The notes under the pieces were generated by a model. That model saw nothing but the letters and a program-made list of their open reading frames with translations. It was not told the DNA's origin and did not search any database. Of a DNA stretch of 64,000 bases, positions 30,990-42,300 are shown one piece after another. Position 1 is the first letter of the stretch; each line of letters begins with the position of its first letter. The DNA is taken from contig OZ247587.1 of the NCBI GenBank assembly GCA_965233865.1, positions 32,001-96,000 on the forward strand. Reading direction: 5' to 3'. This stretch comes from Candidatus Neptunichlamydia sp. (GTDB lineage Bacteria; Chlamydiota; Chlamydiia; Chlamydiales; Simkaniaceae). The position numbers and the translations under genes are program-made.

Positions 30990-33821
30990 CTAGATGAAGT
31001 TGAGAGGAATGGCAGCTTTGGTGAACTCTTTGTCGATGAGAGCTTCATATTGAGCGGCTTTACGAGGTTTATCGAGACATGTGTAGTATAGGGAAAGCTG
31101 GCGGTAGAGCTGTAGTTTTTCCCAGAGGAAGGATTGATTAAACCAAGGCCCTTTGATGTCAATATGCCCTTTGAGAAAGTGTGCAAGGAGTGAGGGGGTA
31201 AAAGGGAAGGTTGCTTCCAGAAGGGGATCAAAGTGTTTAAGGGCAGCATCCTCTCCTTTTGACTGGGCTAGATGGCATCCTTCTAACATAAAGTAGATCG
31301 ACGACTGGTTGTTTATAGGTTTTTTTTCGAGAAGTTTTTCGATTGCTTGTTTCTTTCCTGATAGGAGGAGAGCCCAGATGTGCTGAACCTCAAACTTAGG
31401 AGTCTTGTCGAAGTATGGAAGAAGTTTTGAAGCTTCTTTAATTGTGAGACCTTGGTTGAAAAGGGTAGCTACAAGTTGCTCACTCCCCTTGGCTAGGAGT
31501 CTATCGAGTTTTTGAGTAAGAGTTGTTTCTTCATTAATTGCTATTTCAAACGATTCTTTCAAGAGGACAAAATCTTCATTGCGGTACTTTACAGAGAGGA
31601 TAAAGTCGATAAGTTTAGGGTAGCGAAGTTCAAAAAGTGCTAAGAGGCCGTTTTGAAGAAGAAGCTCTCGATGCTTATATTCTTTAGGAATAGATTGAAC
31701 GAGCTCATAGAGGATGTTGGGGCGCGCTAACCAAAAAGTGAGTTGCATAGAGAGTTGAAGGTGTTCTTCATTTTCGTCAGAAAAATTTATGGGGGTAGTG
31801 ATAAAAGGAAGGTCTTCCCAGCTCACTGTAAGGTTTTTGGTTAGGCGGTTGGTTTCTTTTAAGTTGTAAATTTTTGGGATGTGACGGAGAGTCAGTAGGG
31901 TATATGCATAAGCTCCAATCCGGTCTTTTTGAGCCGTTTCATGCAAGCGAAAAAGGATATGTTCATCTAAGACATAGCGGAGTGGGTGCTTGGGAAATTT
32001 TCTTACTCCCAGCTCTAAACATTTAAGCTCCTCCTCCAGATTATTTTCGGCCTGATAGACAAGGGCTTTCCCAAGATACTCAATTGGAGCTCCAGAGGTT
32101 TGGTGAAGGGTTTCGAACTCGTCGAGGGCTTTTTGAAAATATTCTTTCGACTGGCTCTTGTTGTCCTGGGCCTGTTTGATCAATGCATATCCTGCACGGA
32201 ACACGGCTTCTCTTCCCTCAGGGCGTCCTCTAAACGAGTTTGCAATTCGTCTGTACTCTGTAATTGCTCGATCGAAATCCTTATTCAAAAGGAAAGCATC
32301 AGGGACAGCTAAACAATTGACGAGAACATTTTGACTTCCTGATGAAAGCTGAATAGGGGAGATTTCAAACTCGACGTCTTTTGAAACAATTCCAAAATGG
32401 CCACCCACAAGTGGAGTATGGCTCATGTAAACCATTTTTTGTACGCCGTTGATAAGAAGTCGGACAAAGTTATCTTGTCTTTCCACAGCAATATTATAAG
32501 CTTCCCCAGGTTCTAAGAAAACATCGTCAATGCGTGTAACTTCAACATTGTCACGGAAAAGTTTACATCCTGGGGTTTCCTTTGAGCCAATCCATACGAG
32601 AAATCCTTTTTGCAAACTTTCTCGACGGCTATCATCGGGGATACATAACATGATACCAATCCCTCCGTTGTTTTCTAGTGGACGGACAAGGGCTTGGGCT
32701 TGGATGTTTCCGGAGTAAGACTCTTTTGAAAGCATAATCAAGACCCATTCCATCAGTCCTGCGTAACGGAAAATTGCCATTTGTTTGGTTAACATGACAC
32801 TTTCTTGGAATTCCCAGTCTATAATTCGGTTAATATCAAGTTGCTGCATGGGGATCCAGTCTGGGTGTCCTTGAATATAGCGCTGCATTTCCGTGATGAT
32901 TTCTTTTACTGAGTCATAACGTTGTTTAGGGTCAGGTTGGAGACTTTTGAGAGTAATGCGTGTAAGTTGTTGAGTGATTTCTCGAAAGGGAGCAACCGCT
33001 TGAGGATTGATAGGGGGCTCAAATCCGCTGTCTCGAAGTTGTTTCCTCCATTCTTTGAGCTCTCGAGGGCGTCTATAGGGAACTTGCAAAGTTAGCATAA
33101 AATGAAGTATGACTCCAAGGGAATAGATATCACTTTTAATGGTTGCAGGTTGACGAAATGCCCGTTCAGGGGCCATATAGTCAATCGTTCCAGCTGCGGC
33201 TCGGATGTTGGGTTGGTCTTTTCCCGGAGCGTTACCTTCTTCATCTTCTGCTTCACTGCCACTGATGATCTCAGTGGCAACGCCCCAATCAAGAATGGTG
33301 ACTTCGTTGTACTCTCCGACGATAATGTTTTCAGGTTTGAGGTCACGGTGAAGGAATCCTTTCGAATGAGTGTGCTCTATCGCCTGACAAATATTGAGGA
33401 AAGCCAGCATTAAAGAGGGAATAGATCCTCCCATGATATGAGGAGAGAGGCCATTGTCATTGGATATTCGTGTTTTAATGAGGATCATCCGAAGCGTTTC
33501 ACCCTGAAGGTAGGGCATCGTATAGTAGAGATTATTTTCATCTTCATGGAGGTCATAGATTGGAACAATGGTTGGGTGTGCTAGCTGCGCTGCAATCCGC
33601 ACCTCTTTTTTGAATCGATCGCATGCTTTTTCTTTACTCTTTCGCTTAGGCGTAATTCTTTTGAGAGCAACTTGACGGCCACAGATAGGGTCATCGGCGA
33701 GAAAGACCTCCCCCATCCCCCCCATCCCAATCAATTTTAGGATGGTATAGCGCCCAATCTGAAAAGGGTATTCATACACGGGAATTTCGTCTTCGTCTTT
33801 TGATTTTTTCTCTCGTTCCAT
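30990..33821 (-). CDS. pknD: Ser/Thr protein kinase PknD (chlamydial type)
   Basis: [32 protein letters not shown]; long C-terminal region with TPR-like helices; adjacent to valS. Confidence 0.92.
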   Translation of the reverse strand: MEREKKSKDEDEIPVYEYPFQIGRYTILKLIGMGGMGEVFLADDPICGRQVALKRITPKRKSKEKACDRFKKEVRIAAQLAHPTIVPIYDLHEDENNLYYTMPYLQGETLRMILIKTRISNDNGLSPHIMGGSIPSLMLAFLNICQAIEHTHSKGFLHRDLKPENIIVGEYNEVTILDWGVATEIISGSEAEDEEGNAPGKDQPNIRAAAGTIDYMAPERAFRQPATIKSDIYSLGVILHFMLTLQVPYRRPRELKEWRKQLRDSGFEPPINPQAVAPFREITQQLTRITLKSLQPDPKQRYDSVKEIITEMQRYIQGHPDWIPMQQLDINRIIDWEFQESVMLTKQMAIFRYAGLMEWVLIMLSKESYSGNIQAQALVRPLENNGGIGIMLCIPDDSRRESLQKGFLVWIGSKETPGCKLFRDNVEVTRIDDVFLEPGEAYNIAVERQDNFVRLLINGVQKMVYMSHTPLVGGHFGIVSKDVEFEISPIQLSSGSQNVLVNCLAVPDAFLLNKDFDRAITEYRRIANSFRGRPEGREAVFRAGYALIKQAQDNKSQSKEYFQKALDEFETLHQTSGAPIEYLGKALVYQAENNLEEELKCLELGVRKFPKHPLRYVLDEHILFRLHETAQKDRIGAYAYTLLTLRHIPKIYNLKETNRLTKNLTVSWEDLPFITTPINFSDENEEHLQLSMQLTFWLARPNILYELVQSIPKEYKHRELLLQNGLLALFELRYPKLIDFILSVKYRNEDFVLLKESFEIAINEETTLTQKLDRLLAKGSEQLVATLFNQGLTIKEASKLLPYFDKTPKFEVQHIWALLLSGKKQAIEKLLEKKPINNQSSIYFMLEGCHLAQSKGEDAALKHFDPLLEATFPFTPSLLAHFLKGHIDIKGPWFNQSFLWEKLQLYRQLSLYYTCLDKPRKAAQYEALIDKEFTKAAIPLNFI

Positions 33822-33916
33822 TTTTGCTAGATTTTGTTTTGAAAATGTCTCTTTCTTACACAATAGCAAACTTTTTCTACTTTCTCCAAAGAAAAAATCA
33901 TGATACACTGAACTTT

Positions 33917-34942
33917 ATGACAAAAAGACACACCATTCTAACGGGAGACCGTCCTACAGGCCCGCTTCACTTGGGGCACTTTGTAGGATCATTGAGAGCT
34001 CGTGTAGAGCTTCAGGAAAGATGCGATCAATACGTAATGATTGCTGACCTCCAAGCTTTGACGGATCACGCCAAAAATCCAGAAAAAGTGCGCGAAAATG
34101 TTCTTCAAGTTGTTTTCGATTATCTTGCAGTAGGAATTGACCCTGCAAAGACCACAATTTTTATCCAGTCTCTCATTCCTGCTCTTTCTGAACTGACAAT
34201 GTATTACCTCAATTTGGTTACATGGAATCGCCTTAAGCATAACCCGACTGTGAAACAAGAAATTGTTCAAAAGGGGTTTGGAGAAAGCGTTCCTGCAGGA
34301 TTTATGACGTACCCTATTTCTCAGGCTGCCGACATCACAGCTTTTAAAGCGGATCTGGTTCCTGTTGGAGAAGACCAAAAGCCGATGATTGAGCAGACCA
34401 ATGAAGTTGTCCGCGCCTTTAACCGCACTTATAACACCAATGTTTTGGTCGAAGCAAAAGCACAAATCCCCAAAATAGCTCGGTTGCCAGGAACTGATGG
34501 ACAATTAAAAATGGGAAAATCGCTCAATAATGCCATTTATCTTTCAGATACCCCAGATCAGGTTTCTAAGAAGGTCAAAAAAATGTACACCGATCCGAAT
34601 CACCTTCAAATCCAAGACCCAGGAAAAGTTGAAGGGAACCCTGTATTTAGCTATCTCGATGCTTTCGGCACTGACCTTGATAAAATTCATGAGCTAAAAG
34701 CTCACTATGAAAGAGGTGGACTTGGAGATGGAACCGTCAAAAAGTATCTTCTAGAGGTTCTCTTAGAGTTTCTTGAGCCTATCCGCCAAAGGCGGGCCCA
34801 ATTTGGAGAAGATAAAAACGCAGTCATGGATATCCTTAGAAGAGGAACTGAAATAGCTAATGAAACAGCATCTCAGACCCTTCAGGAAGTACGTGCTGCG
34901 ATCGGAATCAACTATTTTAAATCCGCTTCTCTCTCTTCATAA
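33917..34942 (+). CDS. trpS: Tryptophan--tRNA ligase
   Basis: [34 protein letters not shown]. Confidence 0.98.
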   Translation: MTKRHTILTGDRPTGPLHLGHFVGSLRARVELQERCDQYVMIADLQALTDHAKNPEKVRENVLQVVFDYLAVGIDPAKTTIFIQSLIPALSELTMYYLNLVTWNRLKHNPTVKQEIVQKGFGESVPAGFMTYPISQAADITAFKADLVPVGEDQKPMIEQTNEVVRAFNRTYNTNVLVEAKAQIPKIARLPGTDGQLKMGKSLNNAIYLSDTPDQVSKKVKKMYTDPNHLQIQDPGKVEGNPVFSYLDAFGTDLDKIHELKAHYERGGLGDGTVKKYLLEVLLEFLEPIRQRRAQFGEDKNAVMDILRRGTEIANETASQTLQEVRAAIGINYFKSASLSS

Positions 34943-35113
34943 AGAATGGTTAGAGATCTATTTGATCATCAAAAATCGGCCTGAGCTTGAAAAGCTATCG
35001 TTTATTGATCGGAATTTAAAAGATCTTATGCTACAGCTAATGGAGCTGAATTCCATGGATCATCTCTCTCTCCAAAAGAAGCCTTACATCACCAATTTTT
35101 CTCACTTTAGTAT

Positions 35114-35467
35114 CTAGGAGTCTTTATCTTTTTCATCACTTGGGGTTTCCTCATCGTCACCTGTAGATGTGTTTACCCACTCTTTGCAGAGGACATAGAT
35201 CGCTGCCATAGTGAAGAAGATTGGAACAAGGACTTTCCATGAGATGTTGAATTGGGCAATAATAAAGAAGCCTACAAAGACAAAAAGGCTGATGACTGCG
35301 TCGTTAAAGCGCCCTGTCAAAAATTGTTTTAGAGATAGGGGGATACCAATGATAATCATAACAGCAGGCCACCAGTCATCGAGGAAGAACATAATAGCTA
35401 TCCCAAGAAGCAATAGTGAAGTCGAAAGGGCTTTAGCTTTATTCTTTGCAATCAGGGGTTTTGCCAT
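35114..35467 (-). CDS. Small multi-TM membrane protein
   Basis: Four hydrophobic segments, WWP motif, acidic tail. Confidence 0.75.
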   Translation of the reverse strand: MAKPLIAKNKAKALSTSLLLLGIAIMFFLDDWWPAVMIIIGIPLSLKQFLTGRFNDAVISLFVFVGFFIIAQFNISWKVLVPIFFTMAAIYVLCKEWVNTSTGDDEETPSDEKDKDS

Positions 35468-35476
35468 ATTGATCTC

Positions 35477-36715
35477 CTAGTGCAGCAGTTTATATTTCTT
35501 CTTCGCAGCTTGCTTTTGTTTTGGAGAAACAAAAGAGCTTTTATGTGCCGAAACGATTGCTTTAGGGTAGGCGCGCATCTTCTCAATCGTTGTTTCTGGA
35601 AAGAACTCAGAAAGAATTTTCGGTGCATCATCGCCTCGCTCAGCCATCTGCTTTGCACTATAGAGGCACAAACCAACACCTGGCCCTTTTCCATACCCCT
35701 CAAAGACGGCAATATTTCCCTTGATGCATACGCTAAAGTCGTTGCTTTTGAGTTTGTTGCTTCCAATCTCCTTTTGAAGCGTCATAAAATCGACGTCCTC
35801 TTGATGGGTTCCGTCATGCAATCGAGCGGCATAGACTCGCCCAGAAAAATGATCCACAAAAAGATCAATTCCAGTCACACGGTTGGTTTTCACAACTTTC
35901 GCAAGCTCCTGAGTATTGATGGTCAGAGACCAATAAGTGTCGGCGCGGCATTTCATGGAAAAAGGAGTCTCTACACCACTTGGAGTAGAAGTGTTTTTTC
36001 TAAAAATGGAGGCATAACTGGCTGTTCTCCCTCCAGAATTCTCAGTCCAACTTCCTGGAAAGGGTTGCTGCTCATAAGTCATAACAAGGTAGCGAGTATT
36101 ATCGACGGCTTTATCGATATCTAAATTCTGCAGGGTGAGACCTGTACCATGATAGTTTACTTCTTTTGCGAGTACATGCCAAAAAGCATCGTAATTCATG
36201 AGGGCTTTATAATAGGCGTCGGTTCGAGAAATAATTGCGATCGAATCCACCACATTAGGAGGTAAATTGTTCCCACTAAGCTCTTCCGTTAGGGTGGCTT
36301 TCACATAGCTTTCCACATCGACTTCGTTAATAACGCTGAGTTTTCCTTCGATATGGTAAATTTCGATTGCCCCCCGGTATTGTACGCCATCTACCAAAAA
36401 AGTGGTATTAGCACTTGTTGGAGCAATTTGCAACTGGAAGATCCCTAAAAAATTCTCTCCCCATTTGATTCCTTCTTCATGAGGGTAGAGATAAAATCGT
36501 TTACCACTGCGTCCGGAGCTTATTTTTTTTCCATTTTCTGGATTGTAGATAACAAAAGGTCCTCGCGCTTCAAGCAAGATTCCATCAGAATCTCTTTGGA
36601 GTAAGACTTTGATTGTTGCGGGTTTTACCGTTTCTACCTCAGAAATTTTTACACTCTCTTTGCAAAAGACAAAGAGGGGAATTAAAATAAAAAGCAAAAT
36701 ATGCTTAACTTTCAT
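35477..36715 (-). CDS. SpoIID/LytB-domain protein
   Basis: YRGAIEI, INEVDVESYV, GYGKGPGVGLCLYSAKQMAERG...ILSEFFP. Confidence 0.88.
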   Translation of the reverse strand: MKVKHILLFILIPLFVFCKESVKISEVETVKPATIKVLLQRDSDGILLEARGPFVIYNPENGKKISSGRSGKRFYLYPHEEGIKWGENFLGIFQLQIAPTSANTTFLVDGVQYRGAIEIYHIEGKLSVINEVDVESYVKATLTEELSGNNLPPNVVDSIAIISRTDAYYKALMNYDAFWHVLAKEVNYHGTGLTLQNLDIDKAVDNTRYLVMTYEQQPFPGSWTENSGGRTASYASIFRKNTSTPSGVETPFSMKCRADTYWSLTINTQELAKVVKTNRVTGIDLFVDHFSGRVYAARLHDGTHQEDVDFMTLQKEIGSNKLKSNDFSVCIKGNIAVFEGYGKGPGVGLCLYSAKQMAERGDDAPKILSEFFPETTIEKMRAYPKAIVSAHKSSFVSPKQKQAAKKKYKLLH

Positions 36716-37739
36716 TGAGCATTTCTCCAGGAATTTGGTTAGTCACAGGCACGCGACCAAGATGTTGATAGGCGAGTTTTGTTACTTCTCTTCCCCGCTG
36801 TGTACGGCGAATAAAGCCTTGCATGATGAGGAAGGGCTCATTAACCTCTTCTAGAGAAGAGGGTTCTTCTCCTAATGCAGCAGCGATAGTTCCTATGCCG
36901 ACAGGACCTCCCTCGTGGTGGTCAATAATATGTTCAAGCATTTTCTTATCCATTTCATCGAGCCCGAGGAAGTCAATATCTAGCATTTCTAAAGCATTTC
37001 GCGTTGAGACTTTGTCTAGTTTACTGTTGGTTCTCATTTGAGAATAGTCGCGAACCCATTTCAGGAGATTATTTGCAATACGCGGCGTTCCTCTAGCCCG
37101 TTTGGCGATCTCAAAAATTGACTCCTCGTTGATGTCAACATCAAGAATCAAGGAAGAACGGGAAAGAATATTTGCTACGAGATTGGAAGGGTAATAATCG
37201 AGCCGGCAGGTAAATCCAAAACGGGAGCGCAATGGAGCGCTCAAAAGGCCCATACGAGTTGTTGCTCCAACCAATGTAAAATGGTTTAGCTTTACCTGAA
37301 CACTTCGAGCTTGAGGGCCTGAATCAAGCATAAGGTCAAGGGAAAAGTCCTCCATTGCAGGGTAAAGATATTCTTCGACAGTTCGGTTAAGGCGGTGGAT
37401 TTCATCAATAAAGAGAATATCTCCCTCTTTTAGGTTGGTAAGAATTCCTGCTAAATCGGCAGGTTTGTCAATAGATGGGCCTGAAGCAACAATTAAGTCT
37501 GTACCCATTTCCTGAGCAATGATATGACCCAAAGTGGTTTTGCCTAGACCTGGGGGGCCGTAGAATAAAGAGTGGCCTAGGGCCTCACCCCGTTTTTTGG
37601 CAGCACCTACAAAGACGTCTAGTTTTTCCCGTACTGCAGGTTGTCCAATAAATTCACCTAGAGATCCCGGGCGCAGCTTGAGCTCAAGTTTCTGGTCTTG
37701 TTTTGTCCAAGACGACTGTACAAATGGTGGTTTCGTCAT
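36705..37739 (-). CDS. ruvB: Holliday junction helicase RuvB
   Basis: LRP, GPPGLGKTT, FIDEIHRL, GATTR, RGTPRIAN. Confidence 0.99.
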   Translation of the reverse strand: MTKPPFVQSSWTKQDQKLELKLRPGSLGEFIGQPAVREKLDVFVGAAKKRGEALGHSLFYGPPGLGKTTLGHIIAQEMGTDLIVASGPSIDKPADLAGILTNLKEGDILFIDEIHRLNRTVEEYLYPAMEDFSLDLMLDSGPQARSVQVKLNHFTLVGATTRMGLLSAPLRSRFGFTCRLDYYPSNLVANILSRSSLILDVDINEESIFEIAKRARGTPRIANNLLKWVRDYSQMRTNSKLDKVSTRNALEMLDIDFLGLDEMDKKMLEHIIDHHEGGPVGIGTIAAALGEEPSSLEEVNEPFLIMQGFIRRTQRGREVTKLAYQHLGRVPVTNQIPGEMLNES

Positions 37740-37902
37740 AATTTTATGTTTCCTAAGATGCATGCCATATGAGAAAATAGTAGCAAGAAAAGGAATTCAA
37801 GCGCTATATCTAAAGTGCAAAACATAAAAAAAGCTTCTGTCCAAAGGTGTTTTTATTTATCAAAGCGTGCTAGGGACAGTTCTTTCGAAAATAGGTGGTT
37901 AA

Positions 37903-38469
37903 ATGAGTTTACAAGCAGATAAATGGATTAGAAAAATGGCTCTTGAAGAAGGGATGATTGAACCTTTTGTTGATTCCCAAGTCAAGATCATCGAAAATCA
38001 TAAAATCGTCAGCTATGGCCTTTCAAGCTATGGATACGATGTTCGGGTGGGTAATCATTTTAAGGTGTTCACCAACGTTCATAATTCGATTGTTGATCCA
38101 AAAAAATTCACAGAGGATGCCTTTGTTGACATTGAAGGGGATCATTGCATTATTCCACCGAATTCTTTTGCTTTAGCCTCTACAATAGAATATTTTCGCA
38201 TTCCTAGGAGTTGTCTCACTGTTTGTTTGGGGAAATCAACCTATGCTCGTTGCGGAATCATTGTCAATGTTACCCCATTTGAGCCAGAATGGGAGGGACA
38301 TGTAACGATTGAAATTTCTAATACTACTCCTTTGCCAGCAAAAATCTACTCGAATGAGGGAATAGCTCAAGTTCTCTTTTTTGAAGCAAAACAAGTGTGT
38401 GAAGTTTCCTATGCTGACCGTGCAGGCAAGTACATGAAGCAAAGAGGAATTACTGTCCCATCGGTATGA
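37903..38469 (+). CDS. dcd: dCTP deaminase
   Basis: [28 protein letters not shown]. Confidence 0.98.
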   Translation: MSLQADKWIRKMALEEGMIEPFVDSQVKIIENHKIVSYGLSSYGYDVRVGNHFKVFTNVHNSIVDPKKFTEDAFVDIEGDHCIIPPNSFALASTIEYFRIPRSCLTVCLGKSTYARCGIIVNVTPFEPEWEGHVTIEISNTTPLPAKIYSNEGIAQVLFFEAKQVCEVSYADRAGKYMKQRGITVPSV

Positions 38470-38608
38470 ACCTATCCCACTGTTATAAACAACGCCTTTT
38501 TGGGGCGTTGTTCCCAAAGTTTGATCCCTCTTTTTACCCTATTTTACTAAGAGAAGCATGTAAAGAAGAATCAAATTCTAACATATATAATATTGGGATA
38601 GATTCATG
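38466..38608. repeat. ~140 bp element bounded by 22-bp imperfect inverted repeats (MITE-like)
   Basis: ATGAACCTATCCCACTGTTATA vs reverse complement of the right end ATGAATCTATCCCAATATTATA (19/22); internal hairpin AACAACGCC/GGCGTTGTT. Confidence 0.65.
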
Positions 38609-38887
38609 AGGCTTCATCTTATGTTACTTAAGAATTGGTGGGTCATTGCGTTCATTTTGATGGCAGGGGCGATTTATATCCAGGCGATTCACAAGAAAAA
38701 TCAATTAGTTGTTACACTGCAGGAAAGGGTAAGTACCCTTGTCACAGCAAAAATGGACGCAATGGAGAAAAAAGAAGAGCTTTTACTTCGAATAAATAGC
38801 CAAAATGATCCCGATTTCGTTGAGCTTATTCTGAAAGAAAAGCTTGGTGTAACGGCTGAAGGAGAACTAAAAGTGGTATTTCAATGA
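38606..38887 (+). CDS. Septum-formation-initiator (FtsB/DivIC-like) protein
   Basis: N-terminal TM helix, coiled coil, DPDFVELILKEKLG..EGE. Confidence 0.75.
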   Translation: MRLHLMLLKNWWVIAFILMAGAIYIQAIHKKNQLVVTLQERVSTLVTAKMDAMEKKEELLLRINSQNDPDFVELILKEKLGVTAEGELKVVFQ

Positions 38888-40143
38888 CGCTGCCAATTCT
38901 CATTGCAACTCTTGTTGTCTTAAGCTTTACATCTGGTTTCCTTTCTGCTTCAGAAACAGCGCTTTTTTCCCTCTCTTCGATGAAGGTACGAGCCTTTCGC
39001 CTGGGGAAAGACCCACGTGGGCACCTCATTGCGCGCCTCCTTTCTGAGCCTAGAAAACTTCTTGTCACAATTTTAATGCTAAATGTAGTGATGAACATCT
39101 TAGTTCAAAATGTGGTGTCTGGAATTTTTGGGACGTTTACTAGTTGGGTATTAACTGTCGGTGTACCACTTGCACTAACGCTCATTTTTGGAGAAGTCAT
39201 TCCCAAATCGATTGCCTATCCCAAAAACACCTGGATTGCTTACCGCGTCTCTCCCATCATCCGAGGCGTTGAGATTTTTTTAAAGCCACTTCGCGACGCG
39301 ATCACATTTATCACAACAGGAATTTCAAAGTTCTTTTTCTTTTATCTTCGAAAGGAGAGCGATATTGAAATTGAAGAGCTGAAAATTGCTCTGCGCAGTT
39401 CTCAAGAAACAGGAGCAGTGAGCAGTGAGGAAGCGAAGCTTGTCCGAGGATATCTTAACTTAGAAGAAGATCTTGTAAAAGAGTTGATGTGTCCTAGGAG
39501 CGAGGTTTTGTTTTTTAATATTAATGGCTCCCTTTCAGACCTTATTCGCCTTTTTGTTGATGAAGAGTGTACATGTATCCCAGTGTGTAATGGGTCAATT
39601 GAAAATGTTTTAGGAATTATGACAAGTGGGAGTTTCTTTCTCCACCGCAGCCACTTAAAGTCAAGCCACGACATCATACCGTTCTTGAGGAAGCCAAATT
39701 ATGTCCCAGAGTCAATGCTTAGTAGGGCACTTCTTGAGCATTTTTACAAATTGCAAGAAACAATGGTTATGGTTGTTGATGAGTATGGATCTGTTTCGGG
39801 GCTTATTACCCTTGAAGATCTTGTAGAAACTGTTATTGGACAGATCGCGGATCGGCGGGATGAAAAAAGCCATTATACTAGGGCTTCCTCTGATATCATT
39901 ATAGCCAATGGCAAGTTTGAACTCCTCGAATTTGAGGAGATTTTCGACTATCACTTAGAAAGCCCAAATAACATGGCGACAATTGGAGGGTGGATTACGG
40001 AACAACTCGGAGATATTCCGAAAAGTGGAACCAAAATCGAGCGCCACGGTTTTCTTTTTCATGTCTTAGCCTCAGACAATAATCGTATTCGACGTGTCTA
40101 TATTCGTCATCTTAAACCTTCTAAAAGGAAAAAAGATGGCTAA
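38884..40143 (+). CDS. CNNM/DUF21-CBS-CorC domain protein (TlyC/hemolysin family)
   Basis: SASETALFS, FGEVIPK, VVDEYGSVSGLITLEDLVE. Confidence 0.93.
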   Translation: MTLPILIATLVVLSFTSGFLSASETALFSLSSMKVRAFRLGKDPRGHLIARLLSEPRKLLVTILMLNVVMNILVQNVVSGIFGTFTSWVLTVGVPLALTLIFGEVIPKSIAYPKNTWIAYRVSPIIRGVEIFLKPLRDAITFITTGISKFFFFYLRKESDIEIEELKIALRSSQETGAVSSEEAKLVRGYLNLEEDLVKELMCPRSEVLFFNINGSLSDLIRLFVDEECTCIPVCNGSIENVLGIMTSGSFFLHRSHLKSSHDIIPFLRKPNYVPESMLSRALLEHFYKLQETMVMVVDEYGSVSGLITLEDLVETVIGQIADRRDEKSHYTRASSDIIIANGKFELLEFEEIFDYHLESPNNMATIGGWITEQLGDIPKSGTKIERHGFLFHVLASDNNRIRRVYIRHLKPSKRKKDG

Positions 40144-41365
40144 TTGGACCCTTTTTCTCCTTCTTATCGTTGTATCCTTGATTGTCCAAGGGTTTTACTC
40201 AATGCTTGAAATGGCTGCCGTTTCTTTTAATCGAGTCCGCCTCCAATTTTATGTGAGTCAGGGAAATAGACGGGCAAAGTGGCTCAGCAAACTTCTTAAT
40301 AATCCGACGAGACTTTTTGGGACTACGCTTATAGGGATAAATACTGCAATGCAGTTTGGTTCTGAGTGTGCACGCCGTTTTTACTCCTCACTTGACCTCA
40401 GTCCTGATTGGGCGCCGATCACCCAGATTTTTATAGTCCTTATTTTTGCTGAACTTGCGCCAATGTTTGCAGCTCGCCGCTATGCTGAACATGTGTGTAT
40501 GTTGGGGATCCCTATTTTGCACCTAACATCTTATATTCTTCGTCCCATTGTTTTTATCCTTGATTTCATTTGTCGCTTCATCAATTTCCTTTTTGGAGTG
40601 AAGAGTCGCTCAGGTCTATACTTATCGCGAGAAGAGCTTCAGAAGGCTATTGAAGAAAGAGATGAGACCCTTTCAGAAGAGCTTGATCCGGTTCTGATGA
40701 ATATTTTCTCATTAAAAAACAAGACAGCAAAGGATCTCATGGATCCTATCGAGGAGATGAAATGCATTCCTTCAGAGAAAAAGATTGGAGATCTTAAGCA
40801 GCTTCTTGATCGTCAACCTTTTCCATTCATTCCGGTCTATCATAAAAGTCCGAAGAATATCGTTGCTATTGCTTACCCCCGGGATCTTCTCCGTCACGCG
40901 GATGATACGCGCCTGTACGCTTACTGTCGCTCTCCATGGTTTATCACAGAGACCAACTCAATTCTCGAAATTATAAAAGAGTTTCGACAAAACAATCAGA
41001 GTTTAGCTATTGTTTTGAATGAAAAAGGAGAGGCCATAGGAAGTCTTGCCCTTGATGCTGTAGTGGATGAAATTTTTGGGCACCGTGATGATTGGATTTC
41101 ATTTGGAGAGTATATTCCTGAGCAGCGAAAAGTCCTTGTTGATCGATCATTCCCAGGAGATACCTCCATTGCTGATATTAACAAATGGCTTCACATCTAT
41201 CTTCCTATTAAGGAAGATAGAGAAACCCTTGAAGATCTTATGGAGCTTTCGCTCGGGCGTCGCCCCGATCTGGGTGATTCTGTGCGCATAGACTTTTTTG
41301 AGCTTTCAGTCGAAGAAACTTCTTTTATCGCGGGTCGCACTATTCTTATTAGCTCTGTCTCTTAG
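40136..41365 (+). CDS. Second CNNM/DUF21-CBS domain protein
   Basis: YSMLEMAAVS, FAELAP, CBS pair; tandem with the preceding gene. Confidence 0.9.
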   Translation: MANWTLFLLLIVVSLIVQGFYSMLEMAAVSFNRVRLQFYVSQGNRRAKWLSKLLNNPTRLFGTTLIGINTAMQFGSECARRFYSSLDLSPDWAPITQIFIVLIFAELAPMFAARRYAEHVCMLGIPILHLTSYILRPIVFILDFICRFINFLFGVKSRSGLYLSREELQKAIEERDETLSEELDPVLMNIFSLKNKTAKDLMDPIEEMKCIPSEKKIGDLKQLLDRQPFPFIPVYHKSPKNIVAIAYPRDLLRHADDTRLYAYCRSPWFITETNSILEIIKEFRQNNQSLAIVLNEKGEAIGSLALDAVVDEIFGHRDDWISFGEYIPEQRKVLVDRSFPGDTSIADINKWLHIYLPIKEDRETLEDLMELSLGRRPDLGDSVRIDFFELSVEETSFIAGRTILISSVS

Positions 41366-41523
41366 ATAACACTTCAGATTACCCAACGAGATGCCAAGCA
41401 ATTTATTTACTTAAAAAATGAGTCCTCTTTACTAAGCGTTCCGCGGCTCGTAGGCGGTGTCTGAAAATAATTTATTGTAGTTAGAGCAAATGAAGCTGTT
41501 TAGAACCGAGGAGTTTTAGAGGA

Positions 41524-41652
41524 CTAAGGCTTGGCACGTTTGTCACCGCAGATGAAACTACACCCACAGCTCTTACATTTATAGCGTTATTCACCTCTGA
41601 TATGACCATTTTTAACTAACTCTTGTCCACTGCACTTTTTACAACAATTCAT
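41524..41652 (-). pseudogene. IS1-family-like transposase zinc-ribbon remnant
   Basis: MNCCKKCSGQELVKNGHIRGE*RYKCKSCGCSFICGDKRAKP*; internal TAA at 41587-41589. Confidence 0.7.
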
Positions 41653-41819
41653 CTCGATACTCTCAATCTTCAATTATAAAAAAGTTCAGAATCTCATACA
41701 TCGCTTTTCAGGTAAACACTCTCAAAATTTCATCGTAACAATAAGAGATGGTTTCTATTTGTGGGATAGGTTTTTCTGGAATGGTTTCAACTCTAGGCTG
41801 AACCTGCGGGTAAAATGTT

Positions 41820-42143
41820 TCAGAGGCCTTTGCCCATTTTTTTAATTTCTCTAGAACAGAGATAGACTCTTTGCTGTGAAAAAGTTTGTTTTTTCTTCAT
41901 TGGAGGGATTCTTAATATCCACTCAATTCCAACATTTTTAGACGAAACCCTTTCTTTAGCGAGTTTTCTTATAGTTCTATTTCCAAAAACTCCAAAACCA
42001 TGCTTGGAATTCGGTTTCCACTGAAGTTGAAGTTCATAGTGGTTAAATGGCGATCTCCATACAAAGCATTTGATTAAAATAATTTTTAATCTTTTATGAT
42101 AAATAGCTTTTGTCATATTATGGCAGACAACAGGCTGCCCCAC
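41820..42143 (-). CDS. Hypothetical ORF or degraded gene
   Basis: 107-aa ORF in an AT-rich gap next to the IS remnant; no recognisable motif. Confidence 0.25.
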   Translation of the reverse strand: MGQPVVCHNMTKAIYHKRLKIILIKCFVWRSPFNHYELQLQWKPNSKHGFGVFGNRTIRKLAKERVSSKNVGIEWILRIPPMKKKQTFSQQRVYLCSREIKKMGKGL

Positions 42144-42300
42144 GGTCTTATAATCGAAGGAGCGGACTAGTAGGATTTCAAGTAGCTTTGATCACCCCGC
42201 AAAGAAAATAAATTTAAAAAAAAATGTCATGAACCGCTATTCAGGGAACGATGCTATTGCTAACTGGGCACAAAAGTCCCACCAGAATCTAAGAAAAACG

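Noticed and set aside
34860..35117. 85-aa plus-strand ORF overlapping the trpS end
   Set aside because: No SD or motif, and 83-nt overlap with trpS; may be a remnant but unsupported
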